From assembly GCF_964355755.1 (NCBI RefSeq), contig NC_092671.1:8618001-8682000 (forward strand): a DNA stretch of 64,000 nt, written 5' to 3'. The stretch is from Antedon mediterranea (Eukaryota; Animalia; Echinodermata). Positions 1-13,800 of the stretch are shown here, piece by piece. The notes under the pieces were generated by a model. That model ran no database searches and was not told the origin of the DNA. It saw only the letters and a program-made list of their open reading frames with translations. Within the stretch, counting starts at the first letter, position 1. Each line of letters starts with the position of its first letter. A program made the translations under genes and the position numbers.

Positions 1-540
1 TCAGCATGTCAGGATTATACTTGTTCATAAATATAATATAAAATATTAGATACATCATTTATTGTAAACTTGCAGTGTAAGTTTTCGTGTAAAAGTTGTC
101 TATTTTTTTGCTAGATGATTTCACACATAGTTCTACATTTCATACAAAATCAAACTTTATTTGATAGTTCATTTTAATTGCATCTGCAATATCCGACACA
201 GTTTTCTTCAAATTGTTCTAGTTTTCGTAAGTGAATTTAATGAACTTTCGTCTTGGAAATCTCAATTAAATTATAGATTACATGACAGATAATTACATTT
301 GGAAATTACATATAAAATTGTTAACATTGAATTGGCAAAATGTTATTATGTAATCAAAAGATAGAAGACATTGTAACATAAATTTGATTTTTCTAGTCTT
401 TACAAACTCATTTACAGAAACAAATTGAAATCTGCTTCAAGCAGAGAATGAAATTTGAAATTACATAATTAAAGTTATTCAAAGTCATAGCACGATAAAT
501 AGATTTAAGTAAAGCATGCAATTTGTCAAGTTCTTCACAA

Positions 541-902
541 ATGAAGTTTGTTGGACCGTATTGTAGAATTTGTACACTACGATTTCATGACTACATGGAT
601 ATAAATTGAAAATAGGCCTGATACAAAAATATAAAAGTTCTTATGGTCCTTCACATTGTCACATCCCAGTATACCATTTGAGAATAAGTCAGGCCACTAT
701 AAAAGAGGGATGTTGAAACTCCATGAAATTTGTTGGACCGTATTGTAGAATTTGTACACTACGATTTCATGACTACCTGGATAAACTGAAAATAGGCCTG
801 ATACAAAAATAGAAAAGTTCTTATGGTCCTTCACATTGTCACATCCCAGTGTACCATTTAAGAATAAGTCAGGCCACTATAAAAGAGGGATATTGAAACT
901 CC
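541..902. repeat. Tandem duplication, 2 x ~181 bp
   Basis: 541-722 and 723-902 are near-identical (ATGAA.TTTGTTGGACCGTATTGTAG...TTGAAACTCC). Confidence 0.95.
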
Positions 903-3900
903 ATCTGAAGGGCAATGGCTATTGTCAGTTTATCCATGTATGTGGCACACAGTACTGTTGGTTTGTGTAATTTTAAGTGGAAGAACATCGAGTAGAAATG
1001 GTTAGATATCACCTTCAAGATTCCAGAGTTCGGAATTTCCATATATTCGTAAAGGTCTCAAATTCTTACTATTTAAAATAAATTTAGGTCTATCAATATA
1101 ATATGGCCTAGGGGTAGTCTAAATGCAAGTGAAAATGTTTTAATCTCAACGATTGTAAACAATGTCTTAGTTAAGTCGAAGATGCTCTCCAGGTGGAATG
1201 CCATCCTGAGATGAGCAGTAGTAATTAGTCTTGTTTATTTTATTTTATTTATATGTAATTTTTACTTTCTATGGACCAGAGATTCCAAAATAAAAGATTG
1301 AATGAATGAATGAGAAAAGCAGACTTCTCTGAAAACCAGTAAATATGGTTTTGGGATTTGTTGATGGCAGTCAATATCTTTGTCACACATAGCACATCCA
1401 AGATTCATAGCTATATGCAAAAGAGTTACCAAAATTCCATGTCTTCGGTGAAGATTGGATGGATTATATAGTATCAAACAGACACATATAAGCATTAAGT
1501 TACGGATATCAAGAATCAAAGAATTTATGTAAAACTTATTCTAAACCGATGGAATTTAACACTATTTTATCCATTTAACATTATATCAATCCTACATTAG
1601 AATTTTATTTGGTTTAGTTTTGAAATGTTATCCGTTTAGTGTTCTAACCATCCTTTATCTTACTTAAATTGCTTTCATAATCAACGAAAAAGCAGAACAA
1701 GAAATATATTAGATCCTGTTATTGCTGAACTAAAGATAATAACAGTAAATATATTACAAGAAATTTAATATATCGTTGTTTCTTCTGAGAGCATTTTAAT
1801 TTACAACCTGACTTTGTTCACGACAATTACGCACATTTTGACCAATTAAGACCATAGGAGAAATTAAGTATCGTGTTAGATTGTACAATGAATGATACAG
1901 TAAACTAGTACTATCTCTTGTTCAAATACTTAAGCACGTATAACCTCTAATTCGCTACATTCAATTCCCAACTCTAATTCCTGTTTTTTAATTCCCTTAT
2001 AATAATTCCCATAAGTTTTACTAATGAAAGCTTTCTCCATAAAGTATGTTGGAATCCGGCAAAGTGGGACAATTTTAATGCATAAAGAGAACGCATTTCT
2101 TTTCGATGGTTTTGAAGATGATATTTAATGCACATAGAAGAATACGTTTAATGAACATTAAATAATGAAAGTCATTTCAGAGATCCATTTACATGTGAGA
2201 TAATTTCTTCATTAAGCTATTATATGGATAGCAAGCCCTCAGGAATAATCCATTTTATTCTGTCTTGTAATCTTAAAGACATCTAGCAAAGATCTTTATA
2301 TCCCCTTGATTCTGCTCGTATTTGTTCAGCAATGCAGATTAGGCGTTCAAAGGCCAGTGCATGTGTTCAACTATGTTTGTGTGAATTGCCTACATCGACA
2401 TATTTAGAAGGTCACAAGTCAGTACAGTATTTTGCATAACCGCTGAGATGTTTCTCAACATATGCATTTCAATATTTAGATCGTAATGTAATTTGAAATT
2501 TCAAGCACTGTTGTTACTTTCAAAATCTGTCCACAACCAAAAGAAATAAATAAAACGAAAAAACTTAGCGTATTAAATGAGTGGGTGAAAGTCCTTTGGG
2601 TTTATCTGAATAAAAATTATGAATATATGAAGAATTAAAATTTTTGAATATTTTTCATCATAATACTAACACTAGATTTTAATTCATCACTTTGACGAAT
2701 AAAGGAGTTTTACCTAAAATCACAAAGGTACAAAATGGCATAACATTTATATCTAGACCTGTTTCTCCAAGTTTGTAATATAACTCTAAAATAAAGTCAT
2801 TACTTCTATTTCCTTTTATATTTATATTATATATATCTTTATGCGACATTCGCGGTCAGTGCCTTCTTGCCTGCTACGAGGTCGTCATCAATCTAACGTT
2901 ACCTTTGATTTAACCATCTTCATCTTCACAAAATCCTTCCATCCGTTTATCAGTACAATCCACAAATCTTGAGTTAGTTGAGCTAGTTGATTTAACACTT
3001 CGTAATTCTGCTTTCAGTTCCATGTAAATTTAAATGCATGAAGTATCTTTATACACATCTGATTTAATTTCAGTTTGCAAAGTTGAAATTTTTACCATCT
3101 ATGAAATAAACATGTTTACAAATTTAAAGATGAATTTATAAGATAAAAAAAATCAAATGAAGGAATTTTTAGTTGGTTCTTTAAAAATTTTTAGTTTAAT
3201 GATACAATTTAAATTTATGTTTTGTATTTTTGCATCAGCATAGGATACTTCTATGAGAGAACCTGTTAAGTCTGTTTAATTAACACATTTTTGCACAATT
3301 ACCGTCCGTGTAAACAACCAATATTAACACAAAGAATTGATGATGACAAACACAATTTTTTTTAATAATACTTCTCCATAAAGTATTACTATTTTTGATT
3401 TAATAATATATTGTTATAAATGATAATGTAGAATATTTTTTTTTTCTATATTAGACGTAATCGTAACCCATTTTTGTCACTATATTGACATTTACTCGTC
3501 ATCCTTAAGGATTATTGAATAATGTATACATTTCATGTTCAGCGTTGACAACTCCTTTGTGAATGTTACAGTATCTTCGGGGATATTTCATTTTTAAAAT
3601 GGAAAATTTATATTATAATATAGAAGCCTTTTAACCAGATATCCATTCATGATTGACATATCTACATTGTCCTCAGTGATATAAAATGTAGTAGAAAAAT
3701 TTAGATACAATTTTATAACAATGTACTTTTAACTACAGTTTGAGATGATTAATGATACTTATATAACTCACAAGACATGAGTATAAAATAATATTATTTA
3801 TAACATTTTTTTATATAAGCAAACATTTATTAATTTTTTACAACTTTAAAGGGCATTGTTCAAGAAGTAATCTCAAATTTATATAATTTGTAAAATAAAA

Positions 3901-6612
3901 ATGTATTTGGTATTCATTATTTTTTTCTTGTTTTTATGACAACTGGCAAACTTTAATTTCAAAATCGAGTTTTTTACTGCACCAGAAGGCATCGTTAAAA
4001 ATACAAAGTGTAAATCTATCTGAATTGGGCTTTAAAACATATAATATAATACAACATTGCTACACAATTTTAATTCAAAAAGAAATAAAAACAAATTACT
4101 TTTTATGCTTATTATTCACACAAAAAGAGTTGATAATTAACATTTTTTTTTACTATAAATAATGTAAAAATATGTCATCCTGTTACTGTTTTTTTCTCTC
4201 TTTCTCTCTCTCGATTACTGTTGTATTCCCCACACCCAACTCTTTTATTCGTAATTGACACTACTTACTCAGATATTAGCCACTTTGATGGAACAGTAGC
4301 TGATCAACTTTGGGCCAATTTGTGGTATATGTAGCCATTGATCAGTTTATTTTGAATTATGAATTATATACTTGTTCCTGAATTTTATGATTGTTTTGTA
4401 CCTTTTCTAATTTCTTAAGTTTATTATTTCCTTTTGGTTAGACTTCCTTTCTTTTTTTACCCTATTCCCTTCATTTCATCATGTTCCTAATACTACATTA
4501 TATATTAGTTTGTGTTCAATCATGTATCTTTTATCGCCTTCTTGCCGATTCTATTACCTTCTCAAATCCCCCCCGTATATCTTTACATCTTCCCTTCAGA
4601 CGCGATTCTTCTATTCATTCCTCTTAAATATTTAAACTTTACTTGAAGAATAATAACGACACAACTTTAATGAAGATGGATTCTAGCCCGGCTTGCAAAG
4701 ATCAATTTTGACTTCAAGCTAATATAGACAAGATAATTCATATAGCTAAAGATCATAATTTTCCCATGAATCTTGATGATTTACCACAATCTGTTTCTGG
4801 CAGGATCTGGCCTAAGGAAATGATGTGTATATTCTTGATTTAATAGTAAAATATTTTATTCCCAATTCAATAAGGATAAAACACTTTTTAAATGTTTATA
4901 TTAGTTGTAGTAAGCTTATTTTATTTTATTTCATTTGGCATGCTGGCTTGAGAATCGCAAAAGCAGGAACATACTGCCAGATATGCGGCTCTCTGGCTTA
5001 ATGTCATTGAAGATTTTGTGGTTGTAGCAGGATTTTTGTTTGGGTCTCTCAACAAAAGGGATGTCCTAAATAAGGGTTCTAATGTAAATTATTTTTATTC
5101 ACTTGAATTGTTTTTAATGCACTTCAGGAATGTGAATTTATACTTGAAATAGTTTACTTGTTCATGTATTTACATAAATTCTAATTATGTAATAGATGTG
5201 GTGCTATTTTTTACATACGATTAATGAGCATATCCATCAATGTGTAGGGAATATTTTGACAACTAGCACAAAAATTCACAGTAGGACATATCAATCAATC
5301 ATCCTCCTATATTTTGAAAGTTACTGTAGAAGGTGTAACATCACCAAACCGCTTAACAGGTATTGGAACACCTGCAAAGTACTGTATATCCTTTTTAATC
5401 ATACCAAAAGCGTTCCTTTTACAATTTATTGTTTATTCACGAAATCTAATATAGCATGATGTGTCCTTTCATTTGTAGTTAATAATCTTAATTATCATCT
5501 TCAATTGAAATTTTTTTTTTAAATTGAGACTGTATTTTGATTGAGATGGAGGCCATACGCATTGAGAAGATAAAAAAAAGGAGAACAAATTGAAGATGGA
5601 CGATAATGGTACTATTAAAAGAAAATCAATCTTAAAGTGCATTTGGCTTCGATTCAAATCAGACTGCGATGTTTAACCAAAATTGCGTTAGTATAATGAA
5701 AATGTAATGAGAAATTACAATGCCTTTTAAAATGGAGTGGTTTTTTTTTCATGTTGAAATTTCATCACCTAATTTAAAGACCTACTTTCAACAATTCCAT
5801 GGCAACGATTAAACACAGTTTCTCAAGCCACACAGCAATTTAAATCAAAGTCCCATAGGAATAAAAACATTAGAATACAAGTAATCGATACAATAGTCAT
5901 TCAACATATCTTCCAAGAAACTAAAAAGCTTTCGATAAAGTAATAATTGTATATATTTGATGTCAGTGAAATAAAGGCTCTGCACTAGGTTGTAAATGCC
6001 TGATTGTAGCTCATGTTCCTATTACACTGTGATAATTTCATTGCAAGTGCTATAAAGATTAACAATTTTGGAAATAGACACCACCATATCATATTATAAA
6101 GTATACCTAATTTGCATAAATCACACATGCACGTGTTTGATCAATAAAGCAATGTTTCATACATTAAATATCTCTGGAAATTTTATTGTTATTGTAATGG
6201 CAAAGTAGTAACTGATTTTTTGTTTTTTTTCCAACTTTAAATTTTGCCAAAAATACTAAATCCATTTAAGATTACTTGAGAAAATAATAATATGCTACTG
6301 TTGCAACTTGGTTGCTTGAATGTAGTATTTATCATCCAGTAAAAGCACAGTTTTCTTCAAAGAGATGATCAAAATGCAAACATTCATCATCTATTATGCT
6401 ATTGCATATGCTAACTAAACTCTTTCATTGGTAAAACATTGGTCTGTCATTCTCTTTTTGATCAGTGATTTTTTTAAAGTTCTTTGTTTATGTTCCTTAT
6501 CCAGGTTAGCTATTGGTCTACCAACTGGTCTTTTAACTTCCGTGCTAATTCGGCTCGAACGTCCATCGGAAGCCATAGCATAAACTTATTTTCTCTTCCT
6601 TATCAGATTTGT

Positions 6613-6897
6613 CTTTTTGGTTTTTTCGTTTTTTGTTTTTTTATTTATTTATTTTTTTTTTTTTACCATATTTAATGAGGGTGATCCATCCAGCAATTGC
6701 TGATCATTAGGGACCCTCAGAGGTTCACAAGACAAACATATACACAAGATGCTCTACATAAACAAAAGTCTTATTACAGGTCTTTGGGAGTGGAGTTGTA
6801 ATTTTGTCCTTAGAAAATATTCTGACATCTGACAGGCTTGAACCCAGGATCCTTGGAGTGGTAGCCAAGCATCATAACCACCAAGCCACAACTCCAC
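6613..6897 (-). mobile_element. tRNA-derived SINE
   Basis: On the minus strand it begins GTGGAGTTGTGGCTTGGTGGTT (A box), then GGGTTCAAGCC (B box) and a body. It ends in a 3' hairpin GAGGGT...ACCCTC followed by an A-rich tail. Confidence 0.8.
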
Positions 6898-7330
6898 AAC
6901 TCGTTCTACTACCGAGTTCTATATTTCTGATTGTGTATTTTGAAATTCTTCCTTGTAGTTTCCTATGCAAACGTTGATTTAAATACAAACATTTTGTTTG
7001 CAATATTATAGTTCAAAGTCCTAAATCAAAAATTTATATTGCATAACATATAATTGATGTATGTTATTGATTCCACAAGGAAAACATGATTAATGTTGAT
7101 TTTGAACATGTCAGCTATCGCAGGCTGCAGTCCAGTTATGATTTGCGATAATGACCATTAGACTTTTAACAAAATGCTTTAGTGGTATGATTTGTCAAAA
7201 ATTATTTCAAAACACATTATTTATAAATAAGTTAATTATATTATTTCTTTTTCAAGTAATTTGGTTAAACTATATGGAAATTAATTAATGATTTCTTAAA
7301 AATGAGAAACCTGTGAGACTAAAAAAAATC

Positions 7331-7403
7331 CCTTCACCACCAGAAATTCGAACCGGAAATCCTCTGATTGATATGCAAACATTCTACCATTAGACCAATA
7401 GTG
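7331..7403 (-). mobile_element. Degenerate tRNA-like SINE head / tRNA pseudogene
   Basis: Minus strand has TGGTCTAATGGTAGAATG (A box) and CCGGTTCGAAT (B box) with tRNA-like spacing, but no good cloverleaf. Confidence 0.55.
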
Positions 7404-7697
7404 TTTTCATGATATGGGTCAAAGTTGATTGAATAGCTACTCTCTTTATTTAATAATGTCTGTTTGGTACAGAGGAACAACACTAGTTATCAATTTATAT
7501 GCATGCGCAACAGAAATAAAATTGATACGCCCTTAACTTAAAGTATAAAGCCTTATACGAAACATACGTAATGAATGATACCTTATGTACTATTATTGAT
7601 AAAAGAAATACATATTATTGTAATTGGATAATTATATCACATATAAATTGAAAACTTTTATACTGTTTTTAATCACCATTTTTCCTTTTGCCTACAG

Positions 7698-7846
7698 TGC
7701 CTGTCATTTCTTGTACTTCCCTTCATTCCCGCCAGTAACCTGTTCTTTCCTGTGGGATTCGTAGTAGCTGAACGCATCCTGTATATGCCCAGTATGGGAT
7801 TTTGTATGCTTGTTGCTCTTGCATTCCAACTCGTTAATGAAAAATT
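7698..7846 (+). CDS. TMTC3: TMTC3 exon (transmembrane region)
   Basis: cctacag|TGC...AAATT|gtaagt; [49 protein letters not shown], the TMTC family signature. Confidence 0.95.
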
Positions 7847-10800
7847 GTAAGTGTCTTTTCACAAACAACTTTGGTAGTTTTATGTCTTAGAAACTGATAA
7901 TTGTAATGATATGTTGCTTTGTATTCTTTCAAGAAAGACTTTTCTTTTCTTGCTATTTTCTTTTGTGAAAGCTCTGAGTAAATGAAGCAGACTTATTCTG
8001 ACTCTCCAGTTCTGCTAATCTCAGATATGATAATCACAATTAAAAGATTATAAATTATTTCAGAAAAATAAGATTTTTTTTTTGGAGAGACACTGTTAAT
8101 CTGGGAAGTTGTATGGATTATATTTATTAGATATGTATCAATAAGGAAGTAAAGACAGATTAAAAGATTTAGTTGTTACTATTATACAGTAATCATTAAG
8201 GTGTGGTAGTATACCATGGTACTGTAAAAGCAATTTAGCAAATAATCTAAGGAAAGATATGGAAACAATACAGAAAGTAAAATAATTATCAATGTCTTCA
8301 ACAGAGAAAAACACATACTAAATTGTGCTGGTACAAAATGAATGCAATTAAATGGCTCCATCAAATTTGATTATATCATTCAATATGTTTCTTGTCATTT
8401 ATTTTAAAACCAAACTGTTGTTTCAGAAAATATATAAATTCTTGATCTCATGTTTCGTATTGGATTTAGATACTTAACAATACCCCTTCAGATGTTCTGG
8501 CCTTTTCAACTGTATCTCATCCAAACAACAGTTTCTTAATTTCCTTCTGTTTGTTGCCTTTAGGCATTTTTTTGTTATGATATCTATTAATACAGAAGCC
8601 AATGACTGCAACATTGCGACAACGAAACGACATTTATTTGTCCTCACGGAAATTACACCATAGTGCAATGATCTCAACATTCACACATATTTAATATTGC
8701 AAGATTATTGTAGCTTAAGTGTACTCATAAATAAAATGCAATAATCAATAAATAATGGAGTTTGTTGTGATCTAATGTTAATTATTTACCATTCTTCTAC
8801 AGACATTAATAGATACTTGCTGAAATAGTGCATGGTTGTTAATTGTGACAATGTGCAATCGCTTTAAGCAATTATGTTCAGCTTCATTCAGTGTGATTGC
8901 ACAAATATGATAATAGTATATAGTTTCAATTATGAACTACATTAAACATTTTCCATTAATTTCTTACCCACTTTTATTGCCCAATATTTATGCTATCTTG
9001 TGTAACCTGCAGTAGGGATAGATTCAATATGTAGTTGTTTAACATACAAAATATTTCAACTCTTTAAAAGGTAAATTAAAGGTATTTATATTTGTCCTCA
9101 AGCTTAAAACTGGAAACTGAGGAAATTCGGATTAGGCCCTCCACGGACCCATGGCAGCCAGCAGTGCAGCGCCTACTAGATTAGCACACCGGGAGACGAT
9201 CCCCTACTATTTATTTGGTTTAGAATATTAATATATAGTGGAAATTTAGCTTCCAATATTGAGATTACTTCAGTAAATGTTTTTACATCTTATCTCGCGC
9301 CACAAGACTATGCAGCTGTCATGTCAAAAAGTTATTCAGCGCATGCTCAGACAAACATGTGCAGAAAAACTGTTGGCTTCATGGCTGAAAATGAAACGTC
9401 ACATATAGTTTTATTCGTAAACTCAATTTATAATGATCTTCCCATTAAATATTTTTTTATTTATTTACAGTGGTGCTAAACGACATGTTTTTGCTGTGAT
9501 TTCATTACTTCTGATAGCATATGGATCAAAAACGTTTATGAGAAATTATGACTGGTAGGTATAGGGGGTTTTCTAATTGCTAACAAAAGTAATGTTGCAG
9601 AACCGTTCAGATTGGTATTCATATTGGAGAATTTGTAGGCAGATTGAATCTATCGCAGGAGAAGATTTGTGTATGTGCAATGTCGATAATCAGTCTTGCT
9701 TTTTATGTTAGAATTTAATTAGAAATTTCTTTTGAAGATGAAACATATTTCTCCACAGTTCTATTGAGTATAATACTATAGTTAATAGTTTATTTAAAGA
9801 TTATAAATGAAAACACTACAGAACCCCTCCTTTGGGACACCTTTTCGAAGGAAACACTTTCCTAGAGATAAATGAGGAGAAATATATGTTTTAACACGTT
9901 ATGGCCAACTCTATTCAGGGGACATCTCAATTAAGGGAACTCTTAGAGGTTACTGCCCACCGAGTCCATAGACTTGTTTTTGGTGGGTCCACTGGGCTTT
10001 ACTCTGGGAGGTGATCTAGTCTTAATTCGAAAAGTGTACTATATTCTTTAACTAGCATTTAACACCAAGGATAGCTCAAGTTTTGTAGACTTATTTTCGG
10101 TGGGGTCCACTGGGCACATAACCTTTCATAATAGTTTACTATTTCAACTTTCCATTCTTATTTTTTTATTAGTTTATTAGTTCTACTAGTTCACTGCTCT
10201 AAAGAATTTCTTCGCTTATCATTCCTGGTGATAGATGTCACAGACAATGTTCAATTTTGATTTAATATATGACATTTTTTAGCCAGCATGAGATGGACTG
10301 CCATAAGATCGGATTAACCGATTTGATCTCGAAACATCATTTTTATGGCAGATATAGTTGCAATGTAGAGCCTTTGAGTGGTCTAAGGATGTAAGTAATG
10401 GGACAACGCGGTGATATCATTCAGTAGTCCCGTTTGTATTGCTAGCATGTAATGACGGATTAAGCTGATTGCAAGCCATTGTTAAGCTATTTTAAACTTG
10501 ACTGAACAACCATCACAATTTTGTCTAAATGTATCTTATTATTTGCTCTTCATATTAGTATCAATTTAAAAAATTAAAATGGTACCTATTAAAATAATAT
10601 CAGCTTATAATAAGAGTAAAGTGCAACTATTGCATTATTTTACATTACTTATCATTACCTCATCTTTATATGGTATCTTTTATATCTTACTGAAAGCCAA
10701 AATAAGAATTTCTTATATAGTAAAACAAAGGTAACTCCAAATAATTAGACAGAACACATATTTGACATTTCAATCGTTTTATTATGATAAAATTCTGATC

Positions 10801-13800
10801 TGATCTTTTTTTTTCATACAAATAATTTCATAAAATTATTTACAAAAGCGTTCTCTTTATACTTTACTTTAAAGATGCCAACTTTTATATATATAATATT
10901 CATACATCAAATATTTATTTGATAATATAATTCCTATAAACAGATTATAGTCTAAATAGCCACAATCACAATCGCCCAGTGACTGTCATGGGACAACTCG
11001 CAATTCCATCAATTATAATCAGGAATTTAATTGACTTGTAATAACAACCACTCTATTGGTAAATGACAGATCTACAAATTATTGTCATAAATCACCACTA
11101 ACTAGATTAGTATTGGTATTCTATATTGATTTCTATCAATGGAACTTGGTTATACCAAATAAAACGTTGGCAATCAAAGAAGATAGTGTTTTAGATAAAG
11201 AATGTTGCGGACAAATTTGATGTTGTTTTTCTTATTTTTCATTATAGTATCTGACACAATTTTGTGACCTCTTAGCTTTGATTAAAAGAAAATAGAACAC
11301 AACCAAATATACTGTACCATAGCATTTCAATAACACTTTAGTGTTTATTTCATTTCATTTATTTATTTGACAAACAAAGAAGTAGCAACAATGTAAAACA
11401 AAACAAAAAATTAATAACTTTTAGCAGCTTTTATATCATATATATACAATATGTATTATATCATATATATACAATATGTAGATGTCAATTGATATCAGAA
11501 TCATGTTTTTTTTATGAGCACACAATGGTCTTGGTTTGTATTGTCTGGAACCATCAGAGTCACACTTTAACAATGATATCAATATGACTGAATGTATTTC
11601 TAATTTCAATTATTCTTCTATAATCTACTATACATTTATGTGTTAAATGCACGCACACGTTTGAATTCCAGTTACACGCGTGTACGTGTTGTCCATGGCT
11701 CACCTTGAATAGCATTTCAATGAACTCACAACATAATACAACGATGGAGTCATCTTTCTAACATCGTATCGTTTAGTGCGAAATCTCACTTAGATATGCT
11801 GAACATGTAACATGAAACTTTCACGAAAGATGGGCTGAGCATGTGCTCGTTGACTTGAGGGTAGTTTATCCGTGTGAATCATGTTTAAAAATAAATGGAT
11901 GATGCCTGCTAATAGGATGATAATGGACATTTTTTACATACATAAAAAAATTAATCAATTGTTATGATAGTATATATTGCATCAATCTTTTAATTTTTGT
12001 CTCTCAAAAAATGTAAATGTGTAAACAAAATGAAATGTCTTAAACAAGATTTTCCATTATCTTTTTAATTTTCTCTCAGCCCTTCTATCTTTTCTTCCCT
12101 AGTTTTTCTGTTGGGGTTAGAATAGGATACATCCTTGAAAGACTTTACCGATTGGCTACATACACATAGAGATGTTCGGCTGCCGGTATAAGTGCTAGCT
12201 TGATGGTTCTCTTCTTCTACGTTCGTTACTTTTCCTTTCCTCCTTGTTGATGTTATACCTATTATTTGCGTTTAACAATTTAATTGAGACAATAAACATG
12301 AGACAAGCTTGTTACATAACCCGAGAAAGAAGTCACTTTCCATCATTCATAAATTGTTTATACTTCAGTTTATGACACATTACTGATATCTAAGTATAGA
12401 TTTACTGTACATAGGCTGTGTTTCTGCAATAACAATTCACTAATTAGGACAAGTAATTGTTTTGTTCTAATAGCTATACTAATACGTGTATGGTTTATTA
12501 TTTTCTGGTTAAATTAGGTTAATTATGCAATTACGAGGCAGGTGTTTCTGTAAGGAACACATAGGTTTAATTTTACTAGGTAATTAACTTATGCTTAATG
12601 GTTATGTTTTTCTGTTGTTGATGATGAACATTTATGCTCCTTTCAAGATCCAATTCAAAACTACAACTTCGACTTTTAACCTTTACTTTATTCTATCCTT
12701 TACCCTTCTCCATATTCTCATATGACCAAACCACAGTAATTTGCTTTTCTAGATATACTGTACCACTTGATAATGATACCTCTTTTTTCCTGATCTATCC
12801 AATTGCCTCTATGTTATTCAAATTCAAAGTATGAGAATGATATACAAAAGTAATATACATTTAAAAAGATCATGTAATAGAAAATTCATTGCACATGTGC
12901 TGTTATCATACCGTATTGTTTTTTTTTTTACCCTCTGAAATCTGGAAAAGTAAGATGAGTATATTTCTAGTGTCACTAAAAATAATTCTATCTTGTTATA
13001 TAAAATATTTATTCTGGGATTTTCATACATATCAAGTTTTCTTTAACAAGTTATTCATTTATTACTCGATGAAAATGGCAACATTAATATAATGAATATA
13101 AAATTTACAAAGGATCAAACTATATTTATGTTATTTATATTTGTGCAAACAATGTTTTATCTTTAATCAATGATATCTATCTTTTAAAACACAATAGATA
13201 TTAAGTAACAAGAGTATTCAATTCAAATAAAAGCTTATTGGAAAATATCAAATTGTTCTCTTTCTAACCATTTAGTCACTTAAGTATTGTATAATTTGTT
13301 AATAAATGCAATACAATACTCGCAATAATTATAAAAATGATATCTCTTAAGAAAACCTTGGACTTAAGATATCATCATTTCAAATTTTTAATGAACATAC
13401 AAAAAAACAAATTATAAATATCATTTACTTTTAAAAGCCTTTTACTGTAATAAGCTATAAAATATATGTTGTTTTTCGTTCTATTATCAAAGTACTTTGA
13501 CGTTATATACAAATATAACTTTACAGTTAAAAATACTTCTACAATAAGAAGAAAGTGACGTGACGAAAGTTGTCAGAAACCCGATCGTTTCTTGAAATAT
13601 TAGAACTTACCGACCTTCATTCAGAAATAGAATCTCTTTTTAAGTAGAAGTATGTTTTACAACAAAAGCAATCTTATAAAACTGTGGACATGATCGATAA
13701 TTCCGAGTGTGATACGTTCTTTCTTTAAAACATCAATTTATCGGTCATGTACACCAAGTTCAGCAAGGATTTTGCTACTTTAGTTCAGATGCAATAAAAC

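Noticed and set aside
1262-1519. ORF starting ILDIRNL, similar to TMTC LLDIRNL
   Set aside because: It is on the wrong strand for TMTC3 and the rest shows no TMTC similarity.
4240-4334. Peptide YSDISHFDGTV resembling viral RdRp motif A (DxSxFD)
   Set aside because: The frame closes after about 12 more codons and no motif B or GDD is visible; most likely chance.
9130-9210. AGCACACCGGGAGACGATCCCCTACT, SINE-core-like fragment
   Set aside because: It is too short to delimit or classify.
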